DNA from: a virus
Reading direction: 5' to 3' (one strand)
Length of the DNA stretch: 64,000 nucleotides
IMG/VR virus record: IMGVR_UViG_3300017991_000010
Coordinates: 1 to 64,000 of that record
Positions 32,746-41,898 of this stretch are shown in pieces. The notes beneath the pieces were generated by a model. It was not told the DNA's origin and searched no databases. It was given only the letters and a program-made list of their open reading frames with translations. The position numbers and the translations under genes were made by a program. The stretch's first letter is position 1; each line of letters starts with the position of its first letter.

Positions 32746-33384
32746 ATGACCATCCCCTCCCTCAACAACCTGGCCAAGGCCATCCGCACGATCGATGGTA
32801 GGTTCAAGGCGCTCCAGCAGAACATCCTCCAGCGCCAGGACAACCTCGACAAGCTCCTCGTAGGGCGCGAGCCCACCGAGTCAGATCGCTTGGTTGCGTG
32901 CGCGGCGAAGATCATCCCCTTCCACTACGTGATCGACATCGACTTCGACGCGGCAGACACGGCCAGAAGGCCCGGCACCGTGACCATCACACAAGAGGGC
33001 TACTTCTTGATGGATCGGCTGTACGCTTGCTGGCGCCCCACTGACGGCGCATTCATCGGTCGTTACCAGCCGATCTCGAGCGACAGTCCTGCTATCGCCA
33101 ACGCCGAGTTAGTCAGCGGTGGTCAGTTCGCAAACAAGGTCGACTTCACCTGGGAACTCGTCGAGGGCGCGGCCCAAAGGGGTCGTCAGGACTTCGCAGT
33201 CCCCGGCGCGATCCTCTACCGGACCGATGACGACGGCTACACCCAGAAGTGCAGCGACATCTTCATGCCGGCCTCGGTCGTCACGCTCTCCTGCACCCCG
33301 CTGTACGCGACGGCCACCGCAGGCACCTTCACCTTCGTGCTCGCTGGCCGCCAGCTCCTCAACGTCGTGGAGGGCGGAGCGTGA
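32746..33384 (+). CDS. Beta-rich putative capsid-related protein with an N-terminal coiled coil
   Basis: PFHYVIDIDF...TVTITQEGYFLM...FMPASVVTLS...FTFVLAGRQL. Confidence 0.45.
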   Translation: MTIPSLNNLAKAIRTIDGRFKALQQNILQRQDNLDKLLVGREPTESDRLVACAAKIIPFHYVIDIDFDAADTARRPGTVTITQEGYFLMDRLYACWRPTDGAFIGRYQPISSDSPAIANAELVSGGQFANKVDFTWELVEGAAQRGRQDFAVPGAILYRTDDDGYTQKCSDIFMPASVVTLSCTPLYATATAGTFTFVLAGRQLLNVVEGGA

Positions 33385-34019
33385 GTGTGACTCGCCCAAA
33401 CAGGCGGCTGCGCGCGGGAGACCCGGCGCCCGCTGTGGCCGGCAAGCCCTCTGCAGGCGGCATCATCCGCCCCGGCGCGCCCGAGGCGGAGGCATGCGGC
33501 TGCAACTGGAATCGCAACGTCTTCTGGGAGGACTTCCCCTGGGAGAAGGTAAGTTGGTTCAGTCGCGAGGCGCGCGTCAGTATAGCCGCCGGGCCTGGCC
33601 AGTATGTCGTCGACACATTCACGATCCCACGGGGACAAGTGCTTGCCCTGACGTCGGTCTTGTTCCGCGTGGTCGTCCAGCTGGGGGGTGTTGCGGGACC
33701 TTACTTCTTCCTGCCGGATGACGGTGTCTTGTTTCAGTGCGCCTTTGGGTTCATGATCGGCGGCACGTCTCCATTCGATCGCTACTTCAATATGGGGCTA
33801 GGCGACCAGAACCGCTGGGAGGTACTCAACCGGAACATTGCAACCGCTGGCGTTCCGTGGCGCACCTACGCTTTTGAGGGGCAGGATGTCGTCTCGGTCT
33901 TCGACGCGCCTCTCCTTCCAGCCAACGCAACATTTGCGCTTGTCGAGTACCAGGGCGTCTGGATTCCCAAGAGGACCTACGACATGTACCGAGAGAAGTT
34001 CACCGGGGGGCGTGGCTGA
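33381..34019 (+). CDS. Beta-rich putative minor capsid or vertex protein
   Basis: YVVDTFTIPRGQVLALTSVLF...AFEGQDVVSVF...VEYQGVWIP; GTGA overlap. Confidence 0.45.
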   Translation: MSVTRPNRRLRAGDPAPAVAGKPSAGGIIRPGAPEAEACGCNWNRNVFWEDFPWEKVSWFSREARVSIAAGPGQYVVDTFTIPRGQVLALTSVLFRVVVQLGGVAGPYFFLPDDGVLFQCAFGFMIGGTSPFDRYFNMGLGDQNRWEVLNRNIATAGVPWRTYAFEGQDVVSVFDAPLLPANATFALVEYQGVWIPKRTYDMYREKFTGGRG

Positions 34020-35287
34020 TGGCTGCTGCTGAACAGGTCGCCGGCCGAGCACCTACCGAAGTCGAGAAGCGCGATGTGGCCGCGCGCCTCGAGCGCCTGC
34101 GCAAGTCCATCAGCGCGTTCCATCGGGCGCGCCTGAAGACCGGCGAGTACCTCATGGGCATGCGCAAGATGCGCTACCCCCAGGCCCAAGGCATCGAGGT
34201 GGCGCGATCGCTCCGTAGCCCCGTGGACGAGGAGCGCGCCGTTGGCGGCCTGCGCTCGCTCAACCAGCTCTTGCTCGGGCGCGATCCTACGGTCGCCGAG
34301 ATGGAGGCTGGCGTAGCGGTCCAGGAGACAGGCCTCGGGATCATCCCTGCGCTGCCTGCCACTTGGGTCGCCGTCACGGCCATCGCAGGCGGGGCCTGGT
34401 CCCTGTCCTCGATCTTCGACGCCCTGACCGAGCGCGAGCGCCGCATCCAGCGCGAGCTGAACCCCTCGGCGGCATTCTGGTCGGACGTAGCCAACACCGC
34501 AGCGACCTGGGTCTTGCCCGTGCTCATCGTGGGGGGCGTGGTCGTGGGCGGCTGGTACCTCTGGTCCAGGATGAAGAAGGGCAAGGGCCGCAAGCGCAAG
34601 GGCAAGCTCCAGAGCAAGCGCCCTGCCAAGAAACTGCCGCCGAAGCCGGCGGAGAAAGAGAAAGAGGAGTAGCCAATGCAGACTCCTGTCAACGACTACA
34701 TCGCCCGGCTTGCGACGCGGCTGGCCAACAGGACCTTGCGCCGGCTCGCGACGATCCCCATGGCGCAGAAGCGCGCGCTCTCTCTCCGCGGCATCCTGCG
34801 CCAGCTGAACGTGGAGAAGGTCTACGAGGCGGCTGTCTCCGGCGGCATGAACCCCAAGACCGCCCTCGTCGCAGCCTACGCCGAGTACCTACGCAGACAG
34901 GGCGGCCTACCCCAAGGCGGCCTTGCTGACTTCGAGGAGGACATGGCCCAGGCCGAGCAGATCATGGGCGCCATCGAACAGGGCGCGGACACGCTGGAGC
35001 ACGTCGTCGACACGGGCACCTCCATCTACGGCTCGATCGCCGGGGCCATCCGCGGCGAGACCACGGGCGAGTCCCCGCCCCAGCTCACCGAGGAGGGCGC
35101 GCGGCGCCTGGCCCAGATCCGCGCGGGCGGTATCGCCGTGGGCCAGCCGGTCGCGGCGCCTGGCGTGCTCGATTCCATACTCGGCGGCGGCCCGGGAGGC
35201 ATGTCGACATCCATCCTGATCGGCGGGGCGGCGGCTGGCGCAGCGCTGCTCTACTTCCTCGCGACCAAAAAGAAGAAGCGGAAGTGA
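34019..35287 (+). CDS. Two membrane-anchored proteins (34019-34672, 34676-35287)
   Basis: TM helices followed by Lys-rich tails (...RMKKGKGRKRK; ...YFLATKKKKRK). Confidence 0.75.
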
Positions 35288-35293
35288 TCACCG

Positions 35294-36574
35294 ATGAACG
35301 CCGGCAACGCCCGCTCGCTCACGTGGCTCGAGTACTACGGCATCCTGCGCGCCCAGGGGAAGTCCCCTCGGGCCGCAGCCGTCTTCTGTGAGCAGCCCTC
35401 CGAGGAGGCAGCCGAGCGCTTCACCCAGCTCTCCGAGATCGCTAGCCTCATGCAGCAGTCGCGCTCGGCCGTCCGCGACGTAGCCTTCACCACCCAGGCC
35501 AACATCATCTCGGCCGTGCCTGTCGTGGGCAACTTTGCCGCGCGCGTGCTCGGCTGGATGCGCGACCTCGTCTCCGCCATCGAGAAGGTGCAGCGTCAGG
35601 CGTGCGAGGACGACTGCCCAGGCATCAACAGCTGGGCGCGACGCAACATCATTGGCATCAACCCGGGCCCCGGTGGCATGGAGGTCATGGGCACGCTCAT
35701 CTGGAGCCTGCACGACGGCCTCGTTGTCGACGGGCTCGGGGGCGGCGCCGACGCGCTGGGGCGGTACGTGGGCGTGATCACGCGCGTGGGCCCGGCCGAC
35801 TCCGGCAGGACGACCTCCGAGGGCGTGTGGTCCACCGACTCGCGCTATGCCTCCCTGCTCGACCCGCGGGTGGCGCGAGAGGGCCGCTACGCCAACTGGC
35901 CGCCGGCTGGCATCCCCGAGGGCAACTACGCCCACCCCGAGGCTGCCCCCGGCAACAACTTCTGGTACAGGGCCTGGCGCGTCCAGCAGATCCTGAACTG
36001 GATGGAGAACAAGATGAGCTGCCGGGACGCCTGGTGCTTCCGCGAGCAGCTGCGCACCTTCTCCATGGCGATCAAGGGCGCGCTCAAGGAGGAGGGCGTC
36101 GCCGCTGAGCAGGCCGACCGCGTCGCGGACCAGGCCACCCGCCGCAAGGGCTCGCGCTGGTACGCGTCGATGTGGCAGCTCCACAAGGACGTCTGGGACC
36201 TCGCCGCCGGCCGCCCCGAGGTCGCAGACGTGGCGCAGGCCCTCGGCGAGACGACCTTCGCGAGCGAGTACCGCGCGGCCATCGCCGGCAAGACGTACCC
36301 CGAGCGCGACCTGCGCATGTGGCCCTGGTGGCCCATCACGAAGAAGCTCTCGTGGGACGGGGCGCGCGCTCTGCTCCTCGAGATCGCTCCCGTGCCCCAG
36401 CTCACGGCAGCGGGCGCGGCGCGCCTTGCTCAGATCCGAGCAGGCGGCATTGCGCTCCAGCAGGCCCAGGCAGCGCGCCCCGTGGCCAGGGACCCCGGAC
36501 TACCCTCCTGGGCGCTCCCGGCCGGTGTGGTTGCCGCTAGCGGCCTTCTCTGGTACCTTCTGAAGGGAAAGTAA
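35294..36574 (+). CDS. 426-aa protein with a GLPSW-TM-basic C-terminal anchor
   Basis: Ends DPGLPSWALPAGVVAASGLLWYLLKGK. Confidence 0.75.
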   Translation: MNAGNARSLTWLEYYGILRAQGKSPRAAAVFCEQPSEEAAERFTQLSEIASLMQQSRSAVRDVAFTTQANIISAVPVVGNFAARVLGWMRDLVSAIEKVQRQACEDDCPGINSWARRNIIGINPGPGGMEVMGTLIWSLHDGLVVDGLGGGADALGRYVGVITRVGPADSGRTTSEGVWSTDSRYASLLDPRVAREGRYANWPPAGIPEGNYAHPEAAPGNNFWYRAWRVQQILNWMENKMSCRDAWCFREQLRTFSMAIKGALKEEGVAAEQADRVADQATRRKGSRWYASMWQLHKDVWDLAAGRPEVADVAQALGETTFASEYRAAIAGKTYPERDLRMWPWWPITKKLSWDGARALLLEIAPVPQLTAAGAARLAQIRAGGIALQQAQAARPVARDPGLPSWALPAGVVAASGLLWYLLKGK

Positions 36575-36582
36575 GAGGTAGC

Positions 36583-37497
36583 ATGCCTACGTTCGGAAAG
36601 AGTGTCACCGTACAGGCCGCCCCTGGGACGACCACGACCACCACGCAGGCGCCCACGACGGCAGCCGCGCAGTCGGCGTCACTGCCCACAACCTCGGGCA
36701 CCACGGCCCTGCTCGCAGGCGTGGTCACCGTGCCCGACAGCGAGCGCGGCGGCTACATCGCTTGGAAGGGGCGCTACAGCGGTAGGTGGCCGACCCCCGG
36801 CCCTGACGGCAAGGTCACGGCCCAGGCCATCGACCTCTCGGCCTATCGCGTGGCGCGTGATCGCGTCGCAGCCCTCCTGGCGCGCGATGGCGCCGTGGCG
36901 GGCCCTGCGGCTAGCGCCGAACGTGCTGCGCTCGAGGCCCTTTGGCGCGAGGCCGACCCGCACGGGCTGGCCGCCTTCGACCGACGCGTCGTGGCCGCTG
37001 CAACCTTCCAGGGCAACCGGGGCAAGGCGTTGACCTTCGCCCCCCGCGCCTTCAAACAGTGGTTCGACGGCGCCGTGCATCAGGAGGCCGAGCAGCTCGG
37101 GATCAACCGAGACGCCGCCCGCGCGAACATCGTCGCCAAGGGCGTGCCCAACACGGACAAGCAGCGCGTCTTCGGCTTCGACCTGACCGCGGCCCAGCGC
37201 TCCTTCGCTTCGGGCGGCGCGACCACGGGCGGCGAGCCCGAACCCCAGGTGTCGGTGGGCCGGCGCGAGATCTACTCGCCGACCGGGCGCGTGCCCTCGA
37301 CCACGCCCCCTGCCACGGACATGACGATCCCCCCTGGCGCGCCGGCGCCTGATTATGTAGGATACGGAATCTGGGGCGCCCTCGGGGGCGTTCTTGGCGG
37401 TGTGGGCGCAGCAGTGCTCAAACAAGACGCGAAGATCGGGGCGGGCCTGGGCGCGCTCCTTGGCCTCGGCGCGAAGTACGTGACCGGGAGGAGGTAG
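36583..37497 (+). CDS. Thr-rich protein with two C-terminal TM helices
   Basis: PGTTTTTTQAPTT N-terminus; glycine-zipper helices ending YVTGRR. Confidence 0.7.
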   Translation: MPTFGKSVTVQAAPGTTTTTTQAPTTAAAQSASLPTTSGTTALLAGVVTVPDSERGGYIAWKGRYSGRWPTPGPDGKVTAQAIDLSAYRVARDRVAALLARDGAVAGPAASAERAALEALWREADPHGLAAFDRRVVAAATFQGNRGKALTFAPRAFKQWFDGAVHQEAEQLGINRDAARANIVAKGVPNTDKQRVFGFDLTAAQRSFASGGATTGGEPEPQVSVGRREIYSPTGRVPSTTPPATDMTIPPGAPAPDYVGYGIWGALGGVLGGVGAAVLKQDAKIGAGLGALLGLGAKYVTGRR

Positions 37498-37500
37498 ATC

Positions 37501-37815
37501 ATGAACATCAGGAACTGGCTACTGTCGCAGGTCGACGAGACCGAGGAGCTTGAGGACCTCGCCTACCACGGCGCGGCCTCCGGCGCGTTCGGTCCACTGA
37601 CTTACTACAGGGACACGATCGCGTTCTACGACGAGCACGAGGACGAGATCTGGGAGCGCGCCTCCGAGATGGCAGACGACATGGGCGCCAGCAGCACGCT
37701 GGAGTTCATCGCGAGCCTCCAGGGCGCGCGGCAGGTAGAGGACGACGCCACCTTCAAAAACCTCATGGCGTGGCTCGCTGCCGAGGAGGTAGCGCGCGAG
37801 ATCGTGGAGGAGTAG
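37501..37815 (+). CDS. Small acidic phage protein, possible Ocr-like DNA mimic
   Basis: EDLAYHGAASG...LTYYRDT..FYDEHEDEI...KNLMAWLAAEE; strongly acidic and helical; function is inferred. Confidence 0.45.
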   Translation: MNIRNWLLSQVDETEELEDLAYHGAASGAFGPLTYYRDTIAFYDEHEDEIWERASEMADDMGASSTLEFIASLQGARQVEDDATFKNLMAWLAAEEVAREIVEE

Positions 37816-37819
37816 GATC

Positions 37820-38209
37820 ATGACCAAAGAAGAGCTACTCGAAAAGATCAGCCGCAACGACTTCATGTCGGGGTATTTCGAGGCGATCTTGTGGGCTGAG
37901 ACGGACGACGACGGGGAGCCCTTGGAAACCTACCATGGGATCGAGGACTTCTACGCAGGGGATCTCAAAGAGGCTCACTCCGAAGCGCTGGTGTTCTACC
38001 GTCAAGCCGAGCCCATCCTCGACGAGATCGACGGCGATGACGCGCAGGCTGGGCATGACTTCTGGCTCACGCGCGTAGGACATGGTGCAGGCTTCTGGGA
38101 TGGCGACTGGCCCGAGCCAGCAGCAACGAAGCTCACGGAGCTGGCCGAGGACTTCGGGGAGGTGTGGGTGTACGTAGGGGACGACGGTAAACTCGGATTC
38201 AGCCGCTAA
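37820..38209 (+). CDS. Acidic conserved phage hypothetical protein
   Basis: AGHDFWLTRVGHGAGFWDGDW motif, recalled from other phage genomes. Confidence 0.6.
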   Translation: MTKEELLEKISRNDFMSGYFEAILWAETDDDGEPLETYHGIEDFYAGDLKEAHSEALVFYRQAEPILDEIDGDDAQAGHDFWLTRVGHGAGFWDGDWPEPAATKLTELAEDFGEVWVYVGDDGKLGFSR

Positions 38210-38221
38210 CCAACGAGCCCG

Positions 38222-38251
38222 TTGCCAACGCCCCCGTTGGCGTGATATCCT
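38222..38251 (+). promoter_or_regulatory. Leaderless-type promoter overlapped by two CAACG...CGTTG inverted repeats
   Basis: TTGCCA-18 nt-TATCCT-6 nt-ATG(38258); inverted repeats within 38210-38240. Confidence 0.6.
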
Positions 38252-38257
38252 CCCCAC

Positions 38258-38713
38258 ATGCCTGGTCCTTTCGATCGATCCATTCTCGACGCGCTGACCG
38301 GCTCCCTGGTTGACACCGTCAAGGGCGCCGCCTACTCCGCCATCCCCGAGTGCAACTGCTGCGACCAGAAGGCCGTGCCCATCCCGTGCGTGGCCTGCGG
38401 CGAGTACTCCTGCATCGATCATGGGTTCTTCAACAAGCGCCTACAGGCGATCTGCGGCCAGTGCGCCATGGCGCTCGAGGTCGACCTCGACGAGGACGAG
38501 CCCCAGGTGGCCGACGTCGACGCCGAGCGCATCGACTGGGCGTTCTCGATCCTGGGCCTGAGTAAGAGCGCGACAAGCGACGAGATCAAGGCCGCGCACC
38601 GCAAGCTGGCCATGCAGTACCACCCCGACCGTGGGGGCAATGAGACGGACTTCTCGCAGGCGCAGAAGGCCTTCGAGGTCGCGTCGGAGTACGCAAAGCA
38701 GGAGGGACGATAG
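38258..38713 (+). CDS. J-domain (DnaJ-like) co-chaperone with an N-terminal Zn finger
   Basis: FSILGL...EIKAAHRKLAMQYHPDRGG..DF; CxxC/CxxH clusters. Confidence 0.9.
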   Translation: MPGPFDRSILDALTGSLVDTVKGAAYSAIPECNCCDQKAVPIPCVACGEYSCIDHGFFNKRLQAICGQCAMALEVDLDEDEPQVADVDAERIDWAFSILGLSKSATSDEIKAAHRKLAMQYHPDRGGNETDFSQAQKAFEVASEYAKQEGR

Positions 38714-38714
38714 C

Positions 38715-39119
38715 GTGCAGGACTCGTACAAGGGTGTCAACCAGGTCTCGCAGATAGCGCGCGTGCCCGGCCGCAAGGTCTACCTCTACTACCGCACGGG
38801 CCAGGTCTACCTCGAGTGCGAGCTATACGACAAGCCGCACCAGGACAGCGAGGGGAAGGTCCCCCCAGAGCTGCACATCCAGTGCCCGGCCTGCGGCGGC
38901 GAGTCCATCATCCCAGGCTCCAAGGTCAAGAAGACCATCCACGTCGAGTACCTCAAGCCCCCCCGTCGCCTCGAGATGCCCGACAACGGCGAGGTCGTCC
39001 AGCAGACGGCGCGCGTGACGGTTGACGAGGTCTGCCAGTGCGGCTATCCTGACCCGGCTGGAAAGGGGAAATGTGGATGGCGCTTCAAGCTGACGGACAA
39101 CGTGGTCGAGCGAGTGTAG
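38715..39119 (+). CDS. Zn-ribbon hypothetical protein
   Basis: CPAC and C...CGW motifs. Confidence 0.55.
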   Translation: MQDSYKGVNQVSQIARVPGRKVYLYYRTGQVYLECELYDKPHQDSEGKVPPELHIQCPACGGESIIPGSKVKKTIHVEYLKPPRRLEMPDNGEVVQQTARVTVDEVCQCGYPDPAGKGKCGWRFKLTDNVVERV

Positions 39120-39194
39120 AGGGTCGATGGGAGCCGGCGGAGGCGCGCCGGAAATACTGGTGGGGGCGCTTTGCGTTCCCGAAAGGAGAGACAC

Positions 39195-40793
39195 ATGATC
39201 TACTTCGTGGCGAGCATCCTAGGCAGGGGCGAGTGGGCGATCAGGGCGAGGGAGTGGGCGCGGGCCCTCTATCCACTCGCCGACTGCAGGCTCTACTCGA
39301 CCGATAGGCAGCCCCTCCAGTCCGCCATCCTGCCGCGCTACAACCCGACCATCACCAAGGAGCACCCCAACGGCAGCTCGCCCTACGACTTCCTGCTCGA
39401 GATGGCGACGCGCGAGCCCAAGGCGGCGCACTGCACGATCCGCTTCGGTCCCATCCAGACCCTGATGAACATCACCGATCGCGCGCCCTACGAGATCGCG
39501 ATCACGGACATCCCCGAGAACCTCACCGGGCGCCAGCGGCGCGTCCTCGAGCGCTTCGACGAGGTCTGGGTTCCCACTCTGGCGATGCAGGAGCTGTACG
39601 GGAGTGGGAACTGCGTGGCGTGGGCCGAGCCACACGCGGGCGGGGGTTTCTGGGGGGCGATCAAGCCGCTCAGCATCGACGACGAGGGGCGCGAGATCAC
39701 GGCCGCATTCGGGACGTGGGAGGAGATCGAGCCGCGTGCCGCGCGCTTCTTTGCTCAGCACCCGCCCGACGGGCCCCACCGCTTCTTGGCCGTGTGCCCC
39801 GACTGTCCGATCACGACCTCGGGGCAGCTCGTCAAGGCCTTTGGCCTGGGCGATGTGCGCCTGCCCTTCTCCCTCAGCCCAGCGCTGCCAACGGACATCG
39901 AGACCCTGATCGCGATCCGCAAGGCGTGCAACAACGTCTCTGAAGTGCCCCGCCCCATGGGCCCCTCCTACTGGGATCGCATGAGCTGCTACGCAACCCC
40001 GCCGGCCTGGAAGGTGCGCAACCGCCTCGCGGAGATCCCCAACGACACCGTCGAGCCCGAGCCTGTGCAGGCGAGCGGCCCGGCCTCGAGCGGCACCGAC
40101 ATCTGCTACGTGATCCCCTTCCGCGACCGGCCTCGGTACATGCTCGAGGACTGCCTGGCTGCGATCCGCGAGGGCGAGCTGCCCAAGGGCGATCGCATTG
40201 TGGTCTCCGACCAGTCGCCCGAATTCGACCCCGAGGTCCTCGCGCTGTGCGCCCAGTTCGATGCGACGCTCGTGCGCGACATGGCGCCTCCGCACCGCTG
40301 GAACGCAGCCAAGTGCCGCAACATTGGCGTCAGGGCGTGCCCCGAGGCGGACTACTATGCGCTCGTGGACGTGGACTGCACCGTGCCGCCCGACTATGGT
40401 GATCGCATCCGCGAAGAGCTGGCCTACGCGCCCGGCACGCCGATCACGCCCATGGTCTCCGACCTCGACGAGGAAGGTGCCCCTGCTGACTCGCGCCCGG
40501 CGCCCGGCTGCACGGTCTACCCGCACCACCTCTACTGGGCGGCGAGCGGCATGGATGAGGGCTTCGAGCGCTGGGGCTCCGAGGACATGGACTTGCTCTG
40601 GCGCCTGCGGCAGGGCGGGATCGAAGCGAGCCTGCTCGAGGACGTGATCCTGGAGCACGCCTACCACCCCCCTCAGGAGGGCAAGGCCGAGAGCGGCGAG
40701 GCGAACCTCGAGCGCATCAACAGGCGCCAGCGCGGCGAGCTAGGCGCAGCCAACCCCGACGGATGGGGCGAGGGCGGGGAGGTGGTGGCGTGA
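39195..40793 (+). CDS. Two-domain glycosyltransferase (degenerate GT-B-like N-terminus plus GT2/GT7C C-terminus)
   Basis: FDEVWVPT; YVIPFRDR, VVSDQS, RNIGV, VDVD (DxD), GMDEGFERWGSEDMD. Confidence 0.85.
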   Translation: MIYFVASILGRGEWAIRAREWARALYPLADCRLYSTDRQPLQSAILPRYNPTITKEHPNGSSPYDFLLEMATREPKAAHCTIRFGPIQTLMNITDRAPYEIAITDIPENLTGRQRRVLERFDEVWVPTLAMQELYGSGNCVAWAEPHAGGGFWGAIKPLSIDDEGREITAAFGTWEEIEPRAARFFAQHPPDGPHRFLAVCPDCPITTSGQLVKAFGLGDVRLPFSLSPALPTDIETLIAIRKACNNVSEVPRPMGPSYWDRMSCYATPPAWKVRNRLAEIPNDTVEPEPVQASGPASSGTDICYVIPFRDRPRYMLEDCLAAIREGELPKGDRIVVSDQSPEFDPEVLALCAQFDATLVRDMAPPHRWNAAKCRNIGVRACPEADYYALVDVDCTVPPDYGDRIREELAYAPGTPITPMVSDLDEEGAPADSRPAPGCTVYPHHLYWAASGMDEGFERWGSEDMDLLWRLRQGGIEASLLEDVILEHAYHPPQEGKAESGEANLERINRRQRGELGAANPDGWGEGGEVVA

Positions 40794-41848
40794 TCACCTT
40801 CTACGGCCACTTCAGCGGCTACTCGAGCTACCCGACGGTCTGCCGCGCGATCGCCAACTACTTGCACTCGATCGGCACGAAAGACTTGCAGCTGTGCGAC
40901 CTGCGGCCCCAGGGCGCGTACGACGGCGTCCCCGGCATCTCGCGCGTGCCTTCGAGCACGTGGCGTGCGGTGCAGGAGGGGCGGGCCGACCGATGGAACA
41001 AGCGCCCAGGCACTGCGCTCGTCTTCGGCTTCCCCGAGTGGGTGCGGCGCGTCGCCCAGCACGAGCGCATGGTAGGCTACCACGTGTGCGACGTGGACCG
41101 AATCCCCCGGCACTGGGCGCACATCATAAACACCGAGGACCTCGTCATCACGCCCTCGCAGTGGTGCCACGGCGTGTTCCGCAACTGCGGCGTGACGACC
41201 CCGATCGCGATTGTGCACCACGGCGTCGATGTGGCCTTCGGGGCGGTCAAGCGTCCGAAGCTCCCGCGCGAGCCCCTGACCTTCCTGCACACCTGCTCGG
41301 CGGGAGAGCCCGATCGCAAGGGCACCCTGCAGCTCGTCGAGGCGTGGGAGCGGCTGGCGTCGATGGGCGAGATCGACGCGAAGCTCACGATCCTGTCGTC
41401 CTTCCCCGAGGCGCACGCTCCCCTGGCCAAGAAGAGCTTAGGCATCAAGGTCATCAGCGGCAAGGTGGCCCGGACGCCTGCTGAGATGGCCCAGTGCGTT
41501 GCGGGCTTCCACGGCCTCGTACAGCCGTCCCGCGCCGAGGGCTTCGGCATGCTGCCCCTCGAGTGCGCCGCTGCAGGCCTCCCAACGCTCGCTACGGACT
41601 GCACGGGCCACGCAGAGCATGACAGGTACTCGACCTCCTGGAGCATTCCCACGGGCCCCTTGGCCCCCTGCGGAGGCGCCCAAGCACCTAGCCTTGACCT
41701 TGGCCACGTTGCCAACGCCCTCTTGTACATGATCGAGAACTACGATACACTCCAAGACGAGGCCAATGCCCGGCGCTCAACCATCATGGAGACGTGGGCG
41801 TGGCACAAGGTCCTCGAAAACCTGCCGGAATTGTTGACACCCTCCTGA
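40790..41848 (+). CDS. GT4-family glycosyltransferase
   Basis: ITPSQW, VHHGVD, RKG, PSRAEGFGMLPLECAAAGLP (EX7E). Confidence 0.9.
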   Translation: MITFYGHFSGYSSYPTVCRAIANYLHSIGTKDLQLCDLRPQGAYDGVPGISRVPSSTWRAVQEGRADRWNKRPGTALVFGFPEWVRRVAQHERMVGYHVCDVDRIPRHWAHIINTEDLVITPSQWCHGVFRNCGVTTPIAIVHHGVDVAFGAVKRPKLPREPLTFLHTCSAGEPDRKGTLQLVEAWERLASMGEIDAKLTILSSFPEAHAPLAKKSLGIKVISGKVARTPAEMAQCVAGFHGLVQPSRAEGFGMLPLECAAAGLPTLATDCTGHAEHDRYSTSWSIPTGPLAPCGGAQAPSLDLGHVANALLYMIENYDTLQDEANARRSTIMETWAWHKVLENLPELLTPS

Positions 41849-41898
41849 GCGTCAGCGCCGGTCTGCTCGCCCTCCTCCTCTTTCCTCAGAGGTAGTCA

